DNA of 57,173 nucleotides, taken from the NCBI GenBank assembly GCA_000934665.2, contig JYFJ02002425.1, forward strand, positions 1 through 57,173, written 5' to 3'. The position numbers and the translations under genes are program-made. This DNA comes from Catajapyx aquilonaris. Its lineage: Eukaryota. Shown here piece after piece: positions 1-13,745 of this stretch. The notes under the pieces are model-generated. The model made no database searches. It saw only the letters and a list, made by a program, of their open reading frames with translations, and was not told the DNA's origin. Every line of letters starts with the position of its first letter. Positions within the stretch are counted from its first letter, which is position 1.

Positions 1-205
1 GGGGCGAAATGGTAGGGGGGCGGGATTGGATCACGAAGGTGCCTTGGGGGGGTCTCACGTAAAGATTATCCGGTAATGAGGGGTTGGGGCGGCGATGGGG
101 GCGTCTTTGCGCAAACACAAGCCTGATTTTTGGCCGCCCTTCAACAACTTGATGAGAGGGGACCGCAACGAGGGGGTGTTATAGCCATTTGTTCTTCATT
201 TGCAG

Positions 206-3200
206 GAAACTGGACCACAACCAGCTGACCGAAATACCCCATCTGAACCACCACGCGTCGCTGATGCACCTGAGCCTGTGAGTTATTTTAGCAATTATTA
301 ATTATTAATTATTTAAGGGGTCTGCCCTACAACGGGGTAGCTTAAATAAAATAGGTAAATAAAAATAATTAATTGTTAACCCCCTAAAAGTACCACAATG
401 GGGTATCTCTTAGAAATATAATAAGTAATAAATTATTTATAAACGGTACATTTCCTTATTTTCTAAATTACAGGGCGCACAACATGATCACCAGCACTGT
501 TGGACCGGGCCTGGGTTCGATGCCCAGACTGAAGAGCCTGAACCTGAGTCACAACCGGCTGGTGGAGCTGCCAATGGATGCATTTCCCAACAGCTCATCT
601 TCCATACACTCTCTGTAAGTACAAGCTTCATCCTTCATGGTTGGTCCCCCCCTCTCCCAAGTCTCCCTTTTATGGCCTGTGTAATTCGAAAAGGGGAGGG
701 TGGTGGGGGGGGGGGGAAAGAAGGGAAATTGGGAACATATATCGTCTTTCCCCCTCCCCTTCTTCCTGCTTTTCTTGAGATGAACCCTCCAATTCCCGGT
801 CCTGCCATCAGAATAGGGGGAAGAACACACACACACAAAAAAGGAGGGATTGTCCACAATGGAGTTTAATTAAGGCCAGATGGTGGGATTCCAGGTTTTT
901 CCAGCAAATGCAATCCCGTTGGGCAGGGGTCATGCCGGAGGAGGTGGCTACCGGTTTTAATGTGGAGGGTCAGGTGGAGGGTCAGGTCGGGTTTTTTTTA
1001 AAAGGCGGAGGGACACACGTGCTTCGGAGACACTGGAAAGCTCTCAAGAGGCGCACCTCCGGGGGATGGGATTTATACACTGCGGGTTTCCTACCTTTGA
1101 CATCTCTGTCACGATTTTGAGTTTTTTTGCCATTTGGGCCAGGTTTGCAAATTATGATGTTTGGAGGCAATAAATTGTTAAGTGGAGTGATTTATGTACG
1201 GTAGCCAGGTAATGTTGTGATGCTGATTTTTTTTGTTTGTGGTAATGGCAATGGAGAAAGTGAGGTCTTAGTCCTTAGATCCAATGCGGATGGGACTTTG
1301 GAAGGAGGGGTTGGGACAATCGATTTACTAGATAATAAATTAGGGGAGGGCTGGATTAGTAGGAGGACTGTAATTGCCACCGAGTCAGGAGGTGACTCGG
1401 CCTGTTCCAGCTTTCTTGTTTGATTTCGTGCTCAAGTAACCCGGGAGAGTTTTCTAGGGGTGGGGGATGCGACAAATGAAATATTAGGCAATTATCCAGT
1501 TAGGAAGCACGGGGTAACAATGAAGCATTGCGTCAGGGCCAGTCGGAGAGTGGGACCGAATTGCAATCGTTGCGCAGTAGTAAATGATACAGATTGGGTT
1601 GGTAGGGGTTAATGAGGAAGTTCGGCCATTGTTCATATTGGTATTTGCTTGGGACCGCGGTGGTAGGCTGTGTCTGGGTGCAAACTCGAGGGTAGATTTA
1701 TTCTTGTCACGTCACGTGGTGAGTAACAACAGCATAGAATTGAAACTAGGTAAAGAATAGGGGTCGACAGTCTAGTCCTGTATTGTGCAACTGGCCAGCA
1801 AATAGTCCAATAATGTTGGGATTTATTGGCAATAATATTTGTAGAAAGTTTAGTGACAAGATAGCATTGTACTTAAACAGCACTTAAACGATTATTACGT
1901 AGCGACAAAACCCACATGAGGCATGGTTTTGGATGCACTGAATGCTGGCCTGTGCATACCTCAATAATTTCTGCCTTATCAAGATGGCCGAATCACTTTG
2001 CAAGCAATTGTCCCACTCAGAGGAACTTACTTGTTTGGGAGTTTAACGCTACTGGTGCGTCCAGGGAGCCCCATGAAACTGACTTTATGATCCACTGTCT
2101 GCTGCCCTCTTTGCTGACCTTAAACCTGTCCCTAAAGCGTTGGGAGAGACAGCACCAACCCCACCCATGCAACGGTGTATCTTAATTTCCATCAGTGTCT
2201 TTGAATCGGAGTTTGTAACCTCAAATCACGGCCCCACCCAGTAGTAAAATGGTGGCTGTATTGCCTGGGAAGGAGCCGGATGACATTCTAACCACCTGCT
2301 AAAGTGGGCTTGAGTGGAGTTTACCAGTGCTGCTCGCCCCAACCTATGCAAGAGTGTAGGAAGACAGTGTCATAAAAGCTGACAATCGTGATGGAATCAA
2401 ATTTATTCATTGCAGGAACCTCAACGGCAACCTCATCGAGCATTTAGTCAAGGGAAGTTTGGACAACCTAACTGCTTTGGGTGAACTCAAGTTGAACCGC
2501 AACCGGGTCAGCTTCATTCACAAGGAGCTCTTCCTGCACCAGGGGAAGCTGCGACTTCTGTGAGTATCAGTTTTGGCCAGAAAAGCATGTGAATAGCAAG
2601 CATGAAAACTGAAATAAAAATATCACTTCCTACTTCCTGCATTATGATAAGTGAATGTGTGTTAGTTGGTACATTATGATATTGCCATTAATTTAGTCTG
2701 TGACCTAATAGTTGATGGGCTATCTACCCTATTTAGCATGCTATTCTAAAGCATTGACATCATTAGGAAATGGGCTGACATAAATAAAGGCTTCCGGAAG
2801 TAAATTGTAATCTCTGGGACTTCCTTTCCAGTGAAATGAGCCGCAACCGTATCACCGAGATTGACTCCTTGGTATTTGCCAACCTGAAGAGTCTGAAGGC
2901 ACTGAAGATGCGCCGCAATGGCCTCCGCTCCTTGAGAGATGGTGCCTTCTATGGAACAGACAACCTTGAAGAACTGTGAGTTTCATTGATCAGTTTTACG
3001 GCCTGACCTGACATTAATGTTTCACAATCTCACATAGGCTTCTGGATGAAAACAACCTGACCCAGGTGTCCAAGAAGTGGCTCTATGGTCTCAGCAATCT
3101 GCGCCGTTTGACACTGGCCAACAACAGGATTGTGGACATAGAAGATGCTGCCTGGGAGTCATGCAATCAATTGCAGGAAATGTAAGTATTGTAACTTTTG

Positions 3201-6200
3201 CAGCTCTGAAGCAGACATTTGTGAAGCTATGTGATATGCAGTGCCTTTTCACAAATTATTTATGAAGTTGGCCGCAGCGAAGACATAGGCCTAATATATT
3301 CTTATTGCTGTCATTGTCATGAGCAAAAAATGTTTAATTTGCAGCGACTTGAGCCACAACTCTCTGGAATCGTTGGAGCGGGGGAATTGGATGCACCTGC
3401 CCAAGCTGAAGTTCCTTTACCTGGACCACAATCGCATCTCAGCCATAGAGGAGAAGGCATTTGCGCATGCAGCCAACCTCGAGATCATGTAAGTAGAGGA
3501 CAATGGCAGGGTGCAAATCTCACACCTCCTGCTAATCAGTTTAACCCCCCAGTCGTCCAGGCGCCATGATTTTTATTCTCTCCCCCCTTCACAAGTCTTG
3601 ATGGAATTGGCCTTGGCATGGTAAAGAGTGCCCCAAGGGGCAGTTGGGGTGGGCTTTGAGAATCTTTGCCAGGAGCCAGCTGGACTAGTTTTCCGATGGG
3701 GTGGGTAGTAGTAGGGGTGTAAGCAATATATGAAACCCTGCAATACCTTGCATTGTCTTGCCTTGAGCTGCATGTCTGATAACCCCTTGTCTTTGAGTTT
3801 GCACTTCAGGTTATCATTACCGAATCAGACGATTTAGACTCTTCCAAACTGGTATTTCTAGCTTTGGCTTGATTTGGAGCTGGAGGCGGGGCTTTTTGTA
3901 ATTAAACTGCGTAAATGTTTTACAAATATTGGTGTGTGGTTGCAAATTTAGTATTTTAGACATGCGAAATGATAGTTGGATTACAATTTTTTATTGTTTA
4001 CAGCCAAATGAACAGCAACGAGATCTCATGGGTGATCGAGGATATGTCTGGTGCCTTCATTGGCCTTGGCCGGGTGAACCGTCTGGGCCTGGCAGCCAAC
4101 ATGTTCACATCAATTCACCAGAATGCATTCCTGGGCTTGAGTGGCTTGCGGAGACTGGATCTTAGTGCCAATGCTATCTCCAGCATCCAGGAGAATGCCT
4201 TTGAAGGTTTGACACAGCTGGAAGAACTGAAGCTGAACACCAGCAGCCTCCTCTGTGACTGCAACTTGTCCTGGCTCCCCAGTTGGCTTACCCAGGTTGG
4301 GTTTATGCCATCTGTTGGGGCCAAATGTGCACATCCAAAGTGGATGAAGGGGCAAGAGGTCACGGAGGTGCCCATTCAGAGTTTCAGATGTGGTGAGTGT
4401 GGCAATGTATATTTTTCAATTCAGTGATAAGGATGGTCATACCCTGAAGTTGATATTTCTCACATTATTTCGCTTTCATTAATATGCATATCCTTTTCTG
4501 CAGATCCGAATGACAGTCCAAAACCGATAATTGTGGAGGGCCCCAAGACCCAGGCAGTCCTTCGGGGGAGTGATGTTGGGCTGGTGTGCCGTGCCATGTC
4601 AACAGCAGAAGGTCCTTTGCACTTCCAATGGAAACGCCACAACCGTGTTCTGAAGACAGCCAGCACGCAGACCACAGCCAGGACCCCAGATGGAGAGGGG
4701 ATGGAGGTGACCTCCCGCCTGGTGCTGGCCAATGTGAGCCACACTGACCAAGGGTCCTATCAGTGCATTGTCTCCAACCACTTTGGGATAACATACTCCA
4801 GGAAGGCCAACGTTACTGTCAATGTCTTCCCAACCTTCAGCAAGGTGCCTTCCGACGTGGTTGCCCGCTCCGGAACTATGGCAAAGTAGGTTCAATGATC
4901 CACAGCTAATTTACAGTGTTGTAACTTTTACCAGCGCATATAAGGCTTTTACTGTTATGGATTAAGGACCAGCTGCTCTGGAGCCAGGAGAATTTTTTTT
5001 AGCTGGACTAATGACAGGAAAATTAGAAAATTTCATGTTGAGAACAGTGCGATTTTCCACACTGTCGCTTTTCCAGCTTGAAAATGCTTTCTGGCTCCAC
5101 TGCAGCCAGCCCTTTGTGGTGTTAGCTTCGTCTTTTGCATGAGGTATCATGGGTTATTTCATTTGAAGAAGCCTAACATGTAGCTTTTGAAGGATGGAAA
5201 GGTCATGATTCTTGTTTTTTTTAGGCTGGTTTGTGCAGCAGTTGGTCAGCCCACACCAGAGGTGTCATGGAGGAAAGATGGAGGGGATGATTTTCCTGCA
5301 GCTCGTGAAAGGCGAATGCATGTCATTCCAGACGATGACACGTTCTTTATCATGAATGTCAAGCCTGCTGATATGGGTGTGTACAGCTGTGCAGCCCACA
5401 ATGCAGCTGGAACAGCCATGGCCAATGCAACTGTAACTGTGCACGGTATGTTTTCTTTATTGGCAGTCATTTTAGTGTCATTCTGCAAGGCCTGGAACAG
5501 CGTTTCATATTTCCTCTGAACCTGTTTTCAGAAACTCCAACTTTTGTGAAGCCAATGGAGGACAAGGAGATAGTTGCAGGCGAGACAAGTGTCCTGGAGT
5601 GCATGGCAGCTGGTTCTCCAAAACCCCGCCTGAGCTGGAGCAAGGACTCGGGCCCGATCCATCAGACAGAGCGGCACTTCTTCACTGCTGACAACCAGCT
5701 ATTAATCATTGTCCAGACTGTTCCTTCTGATTCTGGAAGCTACGAGTGCGAGATGAAGAATGCACTAGGAACAGAGCGAGGAACTTCCCTCCTCACTGTG
5801 GTCAGCCCACACTACAACAATGGAGGAGTAGCCCTTGATGATGGATCGACTGTGGTCGGGATCATTGTCATTGCAGTTGTCATATGCATTGTGATCACAT
5901 CACTGGTGTGGGTCATTGTGATATATCACACCAGAAAGAGGGGAGAGGGAGCAGCACCTAGCTCCAGCCTCCCAGTTGCTGGTGGTGATGACGACGACAG
6001 GAGAATGACCACTGGACTGATGGTAGGCAATGGCCTTCTGAGTCAGGGTTATCGCAATGGGATGGAGTTCAGGGGATCAGGGCGACTCTACCCAGACACC
6101 AATTCTGAACACTCCAGCGGGAAGGATAGTGGTACTGGAGATTCTGCAAAAAGGAGCAGTGATGATTTGCTTCCAGCGGATGGACCTGCTGGAGATTACT

Positions 6201-6718
6201 CCCACCTTATTAGCTGTAAGCATTCGTTTCATGACTTAATCTAAAATATAAAGCTCAATCAAATTGTATCCTTGTAAAAATAATCGTTAATATTTTCTGC
6301 AGTGGGTAACCCGGCGCACACTGGCAGCTTGGACCCTCCGACTCCGACAGACCCCCTTCTGCCAAAGACAGCTCTGGTGAGCCTGGGCCACAACCACTCC
6401 ACTGTGACCACTGCTGTACCCACGTCCTCACAGTCAGCGACTGTCCCCACCCCACCCACCTCCCCAAATGCAGTGCTGAGGACATTCCATCCGGACCCGC
6501 ACCCGACCAACCACGAGTGGTTGAGCACAGCCGGTCCCAACCGTGATGCAGTGAGGTGGTCCCACTGTGAGTGCGTGCCACACGCAGAGGAAGAGGAGCA
6601 TGGGGGGCAATACCACACCCTGCCCAAGCACCATGACCGCGGACAGGGGGATGGGAGGATGGTGATGTCTGCAGGGCAGGAGTGGTACCGAAACCTGCAG
6701 GCTATGCAACCAAGTTAG
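206..6718 (+). CDS. LRIG: Leucine-rich repeats and immunoglobulin-like domains protein (LRIG / lambik-like), 5' end lies upstream of the window
   Basis: GT-AG exons 206-277, 474-614, 2416-2559, 2832-2975, 3038-3181, 3345-3488, 4004-4392, 4504-4885, 5225-5445, 5532-6215, 6303-6718. The 72/144-nt LRR exons are followed by LRRCT ([10 protein letters not shown]), three Ig domains ([33 protein letters not shown]), a TM helix ([25 protein letters not shown]) and the cytoplasmic [11 protein letters not shown] motif. Confidence 0.93.
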
Positions 6719-9700
6719 ATTGCTTGGTGTTTGGTTGTAAGTGTGGACACATTCCAGCTTTGTGTGCAGTGACGGTGCGGACGTTTTCTAAGAAATTTTA
6801 ATTGCCATTGCACGTGTGTTCATTTGTCCAGGGAGTAGAGACTGGCCAAAATGTACGACCGCACTGCATGTACCTGTTGGCAGCATTATTACTTTTTTTT
6901 TTCATTTGTACATACAGTCATTGTTTTGAATCCCCCTCCAGCGCTTATCTGCCAATGAGTTGTTCTAAACTCCTTGGTTGTCATTTTTTTTTGTAAGTCT
7001 GATTTATAGATGTGGGGCTGGCCATAAATTATGTGACAGTATTTTGGTGATTCTGACACCCCTCCCCTCCTTCCCCGTCATGATTCCTGCAACTTCTTTC
7101 TGTGCATGACCAATGGCAACAAATGCCGAATTTGACTTGTTGGCCTGACTCGTCTATTGGCAGAATAGCATAACACATTACCTGTAAATGCGGTTATGTA
7201 ATTTACGGACAGCCCCTGCGTCGGTACATTTTCAGGAGACATGAGAAGGCGAAGGTCGCCAAAAGATAATTGCATGTGTGTGTACATATTACAGTGTAAT
7301 TTTAATGTACATAGTTACGTTTCTATTATTGTTTTGTACAACGTTCTTTTGGTGTAATTTTGAGAGTGGTAGACAAGTGCAGGACCTGGAGAGTTTGCAG
7401 AACTGTAGTTCACTGGGGGGGTGGGAGGGAGGGGTTTCATACGACCCCCAAAAAACAACTCGTGTGGGGCATTATTGTTAGCCTAAAAAAAGAGGAAAAA
7501 GGTTTACCAATTTTTCTGTCAGTTCACGTAACAATCCCCTGCATATTAGCACATATCCCCAACATAATGTCAATCAGTGTGGTTGTGATTTAAGTACTGT
7601 TTTCCTGTGGCTATCACCAGTCAGTATAAAAGCAGCCGATAAGGTGAGCCAGAAAATGGGGGATAGTAATCAGTCTATAAATGGTTGTTAGTGTGTGTAT
7701 AACATTTGGTGTTTATTTAATGTGTAGTTGTGAGGATTGCAAGTTGAAATCAAAGTGGAAAAAAAAGGCGAAAAAGGAGCGAGGGAATTTTAGGGAGTTT
7801 TCAACAACACTCATCACTGCTTCCAGGTGTAAAGAAAAGAGAAAAAAAATGTCTTTTAATTCTTACAGTAATAACAATCATGGTGGTAATGGTAATAACT
7901 AAAAGACTGCAATGTTTTGCTGCCATATGATTTTTTAAAAGTGCTTGTACGTCGAAATTGGGTGCCATTTGGCTCTTTTGGTACGATTTTAGGAACACAT
8001 TTTGCTTCGATGCCTGATAACTTGAAATATGCCATCCGAGATATGCACTAATTGTTTGTTGAAGTGTAATGAAATATGGTACGCATTTATGTGGACGTAT
8101 TGATATGCACAACTTTAAGGATTGCCTATGCAAGGCAAACAGGTAAATGCAGAGGATACCAAATTGTGTCTTATGTACAATAAATATTTGTATTTACGTT
8201 CGATGCAGGGATTACAAGCGCAGGGACCCAATACATGTAATAATTGTGCGTAAAACTTTCCGCTGTTCTGTTTCCACCATTGTTTTTGTAGCGCTTTTTA
8301 AAATGGTTCCTTCATATTTTTGTCACCATTATGGCTGTTAACAATCCTAAGTCTTGCCTTGACTAGTACTCTTGTGAAGCAAAATCAACCATTGATGTGT
8401 ACATAGAGGCGTGTTGTATATCTCGATGTAACGTTTGTCGTACCTCTCCTTGTCCATAAAAAAAGTGTATCTCTCCTTTCAACGACATGCTTCAAATCCG
8501 GGAAGCAACCAAAGTTGTGCGGAGCAGCCCGCAAAACCTCGTTAAACGAAAAATTGACTTAGTGGGCTTTGATGTTGAGCAGCTTTTCATTCAGCAGGCA
8601 GCCATTTTTATGTAAAACAGATGTAGCTACAGTTAACAAAGTGTTAACTAATGTAATAACTTGCAGGGGCCTTCATTTTTTGTCAATGTGCATTATAATA
8701 TAAAAGCGTGTTACAATGACCGCAGGGTCAAATTGTTGTTAGTAAGCGAGCGAGCATCGTAAAGGAAAATTTGGGCCTTGAAGTTTGGTTTAGCTTCCTA
8801 TAGAAAAGCGGGTATAACATTTTTGAACCCTCAGCATTACATTGCGAAATTACCCTGCCTTTTTTGCCACGCAGTGATCTGCGGTTCTTGGGTCAGTGCC
8901 TGTTTGAGAAGAATGTGAGACATGTTTTGCGAATTATTTATTACCATTCTTGTGTACAGTACAATATTATAATATGGAGAGTGAAATAGCGTATTTGTAC
9001 AATTTATTGTTGCCAAATATATCTTGACTGAGGAGAATCTGGTTTGTTGTCATTTTCCATGGTCTTCGCGCATGCTCGGAAGTTCTCGCGGTTTTTCGGC
9101 GCGATCCGGAGCTGCCTTATCCGGACGGTTTTGTCCGAATCTGGAATAGAAGGTAGTCACCTGTGGATCCGGACGCATGTGTGTGTGGTCAGTGTGTGTA
9201 TGTTCTACTCTGTACTTACGTGACGCAACAGGTCAGTACTCGGTGCTTCAGATGGGTACAAGTTAATTAGAGAACGGCTTAATTTCAGTCTCTTTGTATA
9301 TATCAGATTTTCCTCCAGTTCGCGGTAGGATGACTGGGATCAAACGGAACTTTCTCAAAAAAGATTTTCCAAGGCTTCATCTCCCACAAGTTACGTCACT
9401 AGCTCGTATAAACTTAGTAGGCTGTAATTTCAGAAGGGACGTTTCATTGCAAATGTGGCACAATTATGCGACTCCAAACTTGGTGACATTAGGAATTCTG
9501 TGGAATATTTTATGAGGTCCGGATGCTTTTAGAGATGGCATTTCGGAACAATTCCCACAAATGCGATGCATTTCTGCCAGATGCTCACACACTGGTAGCT
9601 TGGCACAGATTTTAATGTTAAAAAAAGGTTATGAATTATTTTAAATGTTTTAAAAATTTGCTAACCTGGCCATGTTAGGTACAGCTACATGAGAACTTAT

Positions 9701-12117
9701 TTCTGTAAGTGCCTGGGCGTTGTATGGGTGACAGGGAGGTGACAGATAAGGCTCCTGTGGGACACTTTCAGCCACGATGGACGAGCCTGTCTTTCTGGTG
9801 ATAACATGTCAGAGAAATGTCGAACCAAACATGAAAGTAATCAGCACGAGTGAAAAAAGACATCGAATTGTGCCTGTGGACAGTTGAGGTACTGTACATT
9901 AGAGCTTAACTGGTCGTCCGCCATTATTGTTTACAAAATGTAATGAAAGTCAACAAGTGCAATGTTGCGTTTTAGATTAATTTCTGCCAGATGGTCCACG
10001 ATGTTACTATAGTAACTCACCGCGTGCTGGGTCGATATTATGTCAATAAATAAATAAACATTATTGCGGCCAGATTGCTGCCGTGAAATTCCGGCAGACG
10101 TCTCTGCTTCAAAGCGACACCTACACTCATTCCAGTGAACTTCTAGGAACCTGCTTGTTATTTATGCTTGCCATCATCTGGAATTGACCCAGGTGAGCCA
10201 GCTCAGACAGAGAAAAGTGGGTCTGCCTCTGAGAAAACATTGGTCGACCTTTCTTCGTCGAAACACTCTATTGTTCCCCTAAAAATCGGGCTGACATCTG
10301 CAGTATATACAGTATATACCTCCGACAGATCCCTCGCTTTATTTGTGTGCATTGTGGCCTGTCCCTTTGTTCCCAAATTGAATGAGAGCTTGGGACTTAC
10401 AAGTCTCTCAAATGAAACTGGGGGCTTCAAAGCCCCCATATTTTCCTCCATTTCATATACGAGGAGCCAATCGCAATTTGTGAACTAATATATAACTAAT
10501 ATAACAATTTTAAATTATTAGTAAATAAGCAATGTCCTGATTGGTTCTGTACGATCTCAGATTAGTAACCTTCACATTACAATATCATAAGCACAGACTA
10601 CTCCGATTATTACCCTTATTGATTACACGTTATCCAGAATCGATGTGAAATTAGGCTGGCTCCCATCTTTTTTTTATATTAAAATGTAACGAGCGTTCTG
10701 ATTGGCCAGCTACAATAATTAAGCTCGTCTTGAAATTTCCTAAAATTGAACGTCTTTCCTTACATTATTCGTCCTTAATGGGGAAGCTTCCAAAAATGAC
10801 ATTTGCCAACTTAATCACCCCGCCTTAGAGAAGTTGGAAATTGAAGAATAATTGCGACGACAAGATGACACAAATTGAGACCAATCGCATCGTAGTTATT
10901 TTTACTCTGGTGCTGTTAATTAAAAATTTAATTATTGAGCAATACAGTTGGTGTGTCAATATTATCTTGCGCACCTGTAATGTTTAAGGTTGAATATTGC
11001 GCACATATTCAACCCACTGCAGGTGACACGTTTTGAAAGTTCAATGCACAAAATGGCATCAAAAGCACCCCCCAAAAAATTTGGACAGACGTTTCCTCCT
11101 GCTTTGAAAATAGTGTCAACCACACACTATCCGCAGCATGGGGCTTAAAAAGTTGGGTGACGAAACTAGGGCACACTATTTTGACACCTTTTGTGTCGTA
11201 CGTATGAAAATGGGGGGAAAATTTTGTGCGCAATTTTTATCCAGAGTCATTGTTGCCAACTGTCTGATATATATTTTTGAGGAGGATATTTTGGTGCGGA
11301 TGGTGTCTCTGAGAGGATTTGAGAAGAGAACGTGAGGCGAATTTTAAAGGCAGGCGAACGGACCACGAAAGCCTAACATAATATTGAAGCGGGATTCCCA
11401 TAGGATTATCTTCCTCAGTTATTTTGTGTGGATTCCCTATAGAAACATCTTTCTGAGATTGAAAAGTTCATGCATCGAATTTTTTATAGTGCTTTTAGAG
11501 TGTACGTGTTTGAAAACCTACATTGTTGACAGCCTATAAGTTGAAGCCTTATTGACGTCAGAAGGCTGCTTTTGAACGGTTTTAATTGCTTTGTTGCGGT
11601 GCCTGGTCGGGTTGTGGCTAAGGTGCTATGGGATACCAGTCACAAGCAAGTCAGAAGTTTGCAAAAATTTTGCAAATTGGATGTTAAAAAATAATGGCAG
11701 ATTAACAGGTACTTAAAATATGATTGTCGAACAACGACTAAAATATTTATTTGCAATGAATCCGGGTTGTAGCTGCTATTTACGATCACAAATTGTGAAA
11801 TCTGAGCGAGCCGAATCAGACGAGATTACAAATTAAAGTGTAATCCTCTTTACCCGATTTGACATGGGTACAAAAGACTCTCGCCGTGTCTCGTAACACT
11901 TACGTCTAGATCGATATACCCGGTGGGGACTTAAATCCGGATTTATCACACCGTTGTTGCTCTTACTGAACTGGCAGTTATTTTAAAATATACCGTATAT
12001 TGTGAAGACCCCGGGTCCGCCCCGGGGCCAACCCCGTGTTAGCTCTACCAAGAAACCTGCTGGTTTATTGGACCTTCCATGTCACCACCTTTAGTACAGA
12101 CTCGTCTCGACTCTGGT

Positions 12118-12228
12118 TTCCAACTCCACTCTCCCCTGGCCAAAGCCAGGGCAGCAGTGCGCATGCCCGCCCGCCCGCCGCATGCGCACTGCTACCCTGG
12201 CTTTGGCCAGGGGAGAGTGGAGTTGGAA
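12118..12228. repeat. Near-perfect foldback palindrome, ~49-bp arms with a 13-nt (CCGC)n loop; MITE-like
   Basis: ttccaactccactctcccctggccaaagccagggcagcagtgcgcatgc is the reverse complement of gcatgcgcactgctaccctggctttggccaggggagagtggagttggaa with one mismatch. Confidence 0.9.
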
Positions 12229-13612
12229 TGAGAAAATTTTGTTGTAAAATATTAGTTCGTACAATCAGGCCTGCTATTTCGGGAGTGGTGGACGCCATCT
12301 TTGGGCTACAGATCTACGAAGCACCACAAGCCACTAGCTCTATTAATATTTGCGGGCGTTATTGTATTCCGACGACCCAATTTGCTAAGCTCTTTGTTGA
12401 CATTAGTGGGAACGGATCGGCGGTTTTGTAAGCGACGGTGTTATGCAGTCACATCCAGGAAATTGGCTCAGTTTTTTTTCAGGGGCGTCATTTCCAAGCT
12501 GAAATGGAGAGCAGCTCTTTTGACTCAAATGACGTGCTGATTTAATATCGTGCGCTTTAGACCATGAAAAAAAAAACGTGATTGAAACGGGATTGGGGAA
12601 CGCTGATTTGCGGCGATTACAGCGCCATATGGTGGATCTTAGATGTCGAAATTTAATTAGAGCTGCAATATGTGTAGCCTCACACCAGGCTGCATCACGA
12701 CTGCTACAAGTGCCTCTAACCATGCACCCCCGCCATCTAGTGCGCAATAACAATCCTCACAATATTTTCTTTGTTCACATTCCAATATCTGGTATAATGA
12801 GGGCTAGAAATCCACCGTTTCCCTCCCAGTTTCCAATTACACGTACGATTTCATCGTTTCAAAAGGACAGCTTTCGCATAATTGGTCTCCGGTACAATGT
12901 ATCGATCTACTTAATGTCCTGGGTTGAAAGCTCATTTTGGAATACCAGTATGGCCCCTAGACGCATAATTTCTATCGCGATTAATCAGTAGCAATGCAAA
13001 TTATTAGTTACGGCAACGGCAGAGATTAATTGTTGGAGATTAATCTGCACACACGCCTATATGATATTTGGCACTGTACTACGTGTAATTAATTTTTTTT
13101 TTTGAAAGTCAAACTGTAATTCATAAGTGACCAGTTATTAGAATCGTGTACTGTACATACAATGAGGGTCGATGTTGAATATGCAGAAGTTCCCACTCGA
13201 AAATTTTCCACCATTGCATTATTCATTAAAACACAATGGCAGAGCTTCCCATCTGACTTGCACACATCAAGATTCCCATCCTTGAATTTTGTAACAGGTT
13301 ACGACCCGGGTTACGCCGATTGATCAGGCTAATGGTGTCCGTCGGGGACTGTCTCCATTTTTAGGCCTGTTCCCTATCATAATCATCACGCTAATGGCTA
13401 AGTGTCCTGAGGGCATATGTGTGCATAACCATCTGGATGTGAGTGTTGCGGTTTTAATTATGGCCGTCTAATTAATACTCCGCACGTCAGGTTAATGCAT
13501 GTATTTTTTTTTAACAGTTAGAACAAGTTTGGATCAAAGCTAAACTTATGTAATCAACAGAAAAATTGCTTTTTGGGGGAAAACTTTTGCCAAAAGTTTT
13601 CTGATTATCCTG

Positions 13613-13745
13613 CATGGCAGTCGGCAGACTTCCCTATACATGGTAGTCGGCAGACTTCCCTATACATGGTAGTCGGCCGACTTCCCTATACATGGTAGTC
13701 GGCAGACTTTCCTATGGCAGTCGGCCGACTTCCCTATACATGGCA
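13613..13745. repeat. Minisatellite, 26-bp unit, about 5 copies
   Basis: Tandem catggyagtcggcmgacttccctata units with no unique spacers; one unit is shortened. Confidence 0.92.

Noticed and set aside
615..2415. ORFs in the long LRIG intron, and similar ORFs at 50400-53600
   Set aside because: Low-complexity, homopolymer-rich translations with no family motifs; possibly decayed repeats or lower-quality sequence.
12036..12431. Mirror-image ORFs on both strands
   Set aside because: An artefact of the 12118-12228 palindrome.
13613..13745. CRISPR-like 26-bp repeats
   Set aside because: Repeats are directly adjacent without spacers; a plain minisatellite.
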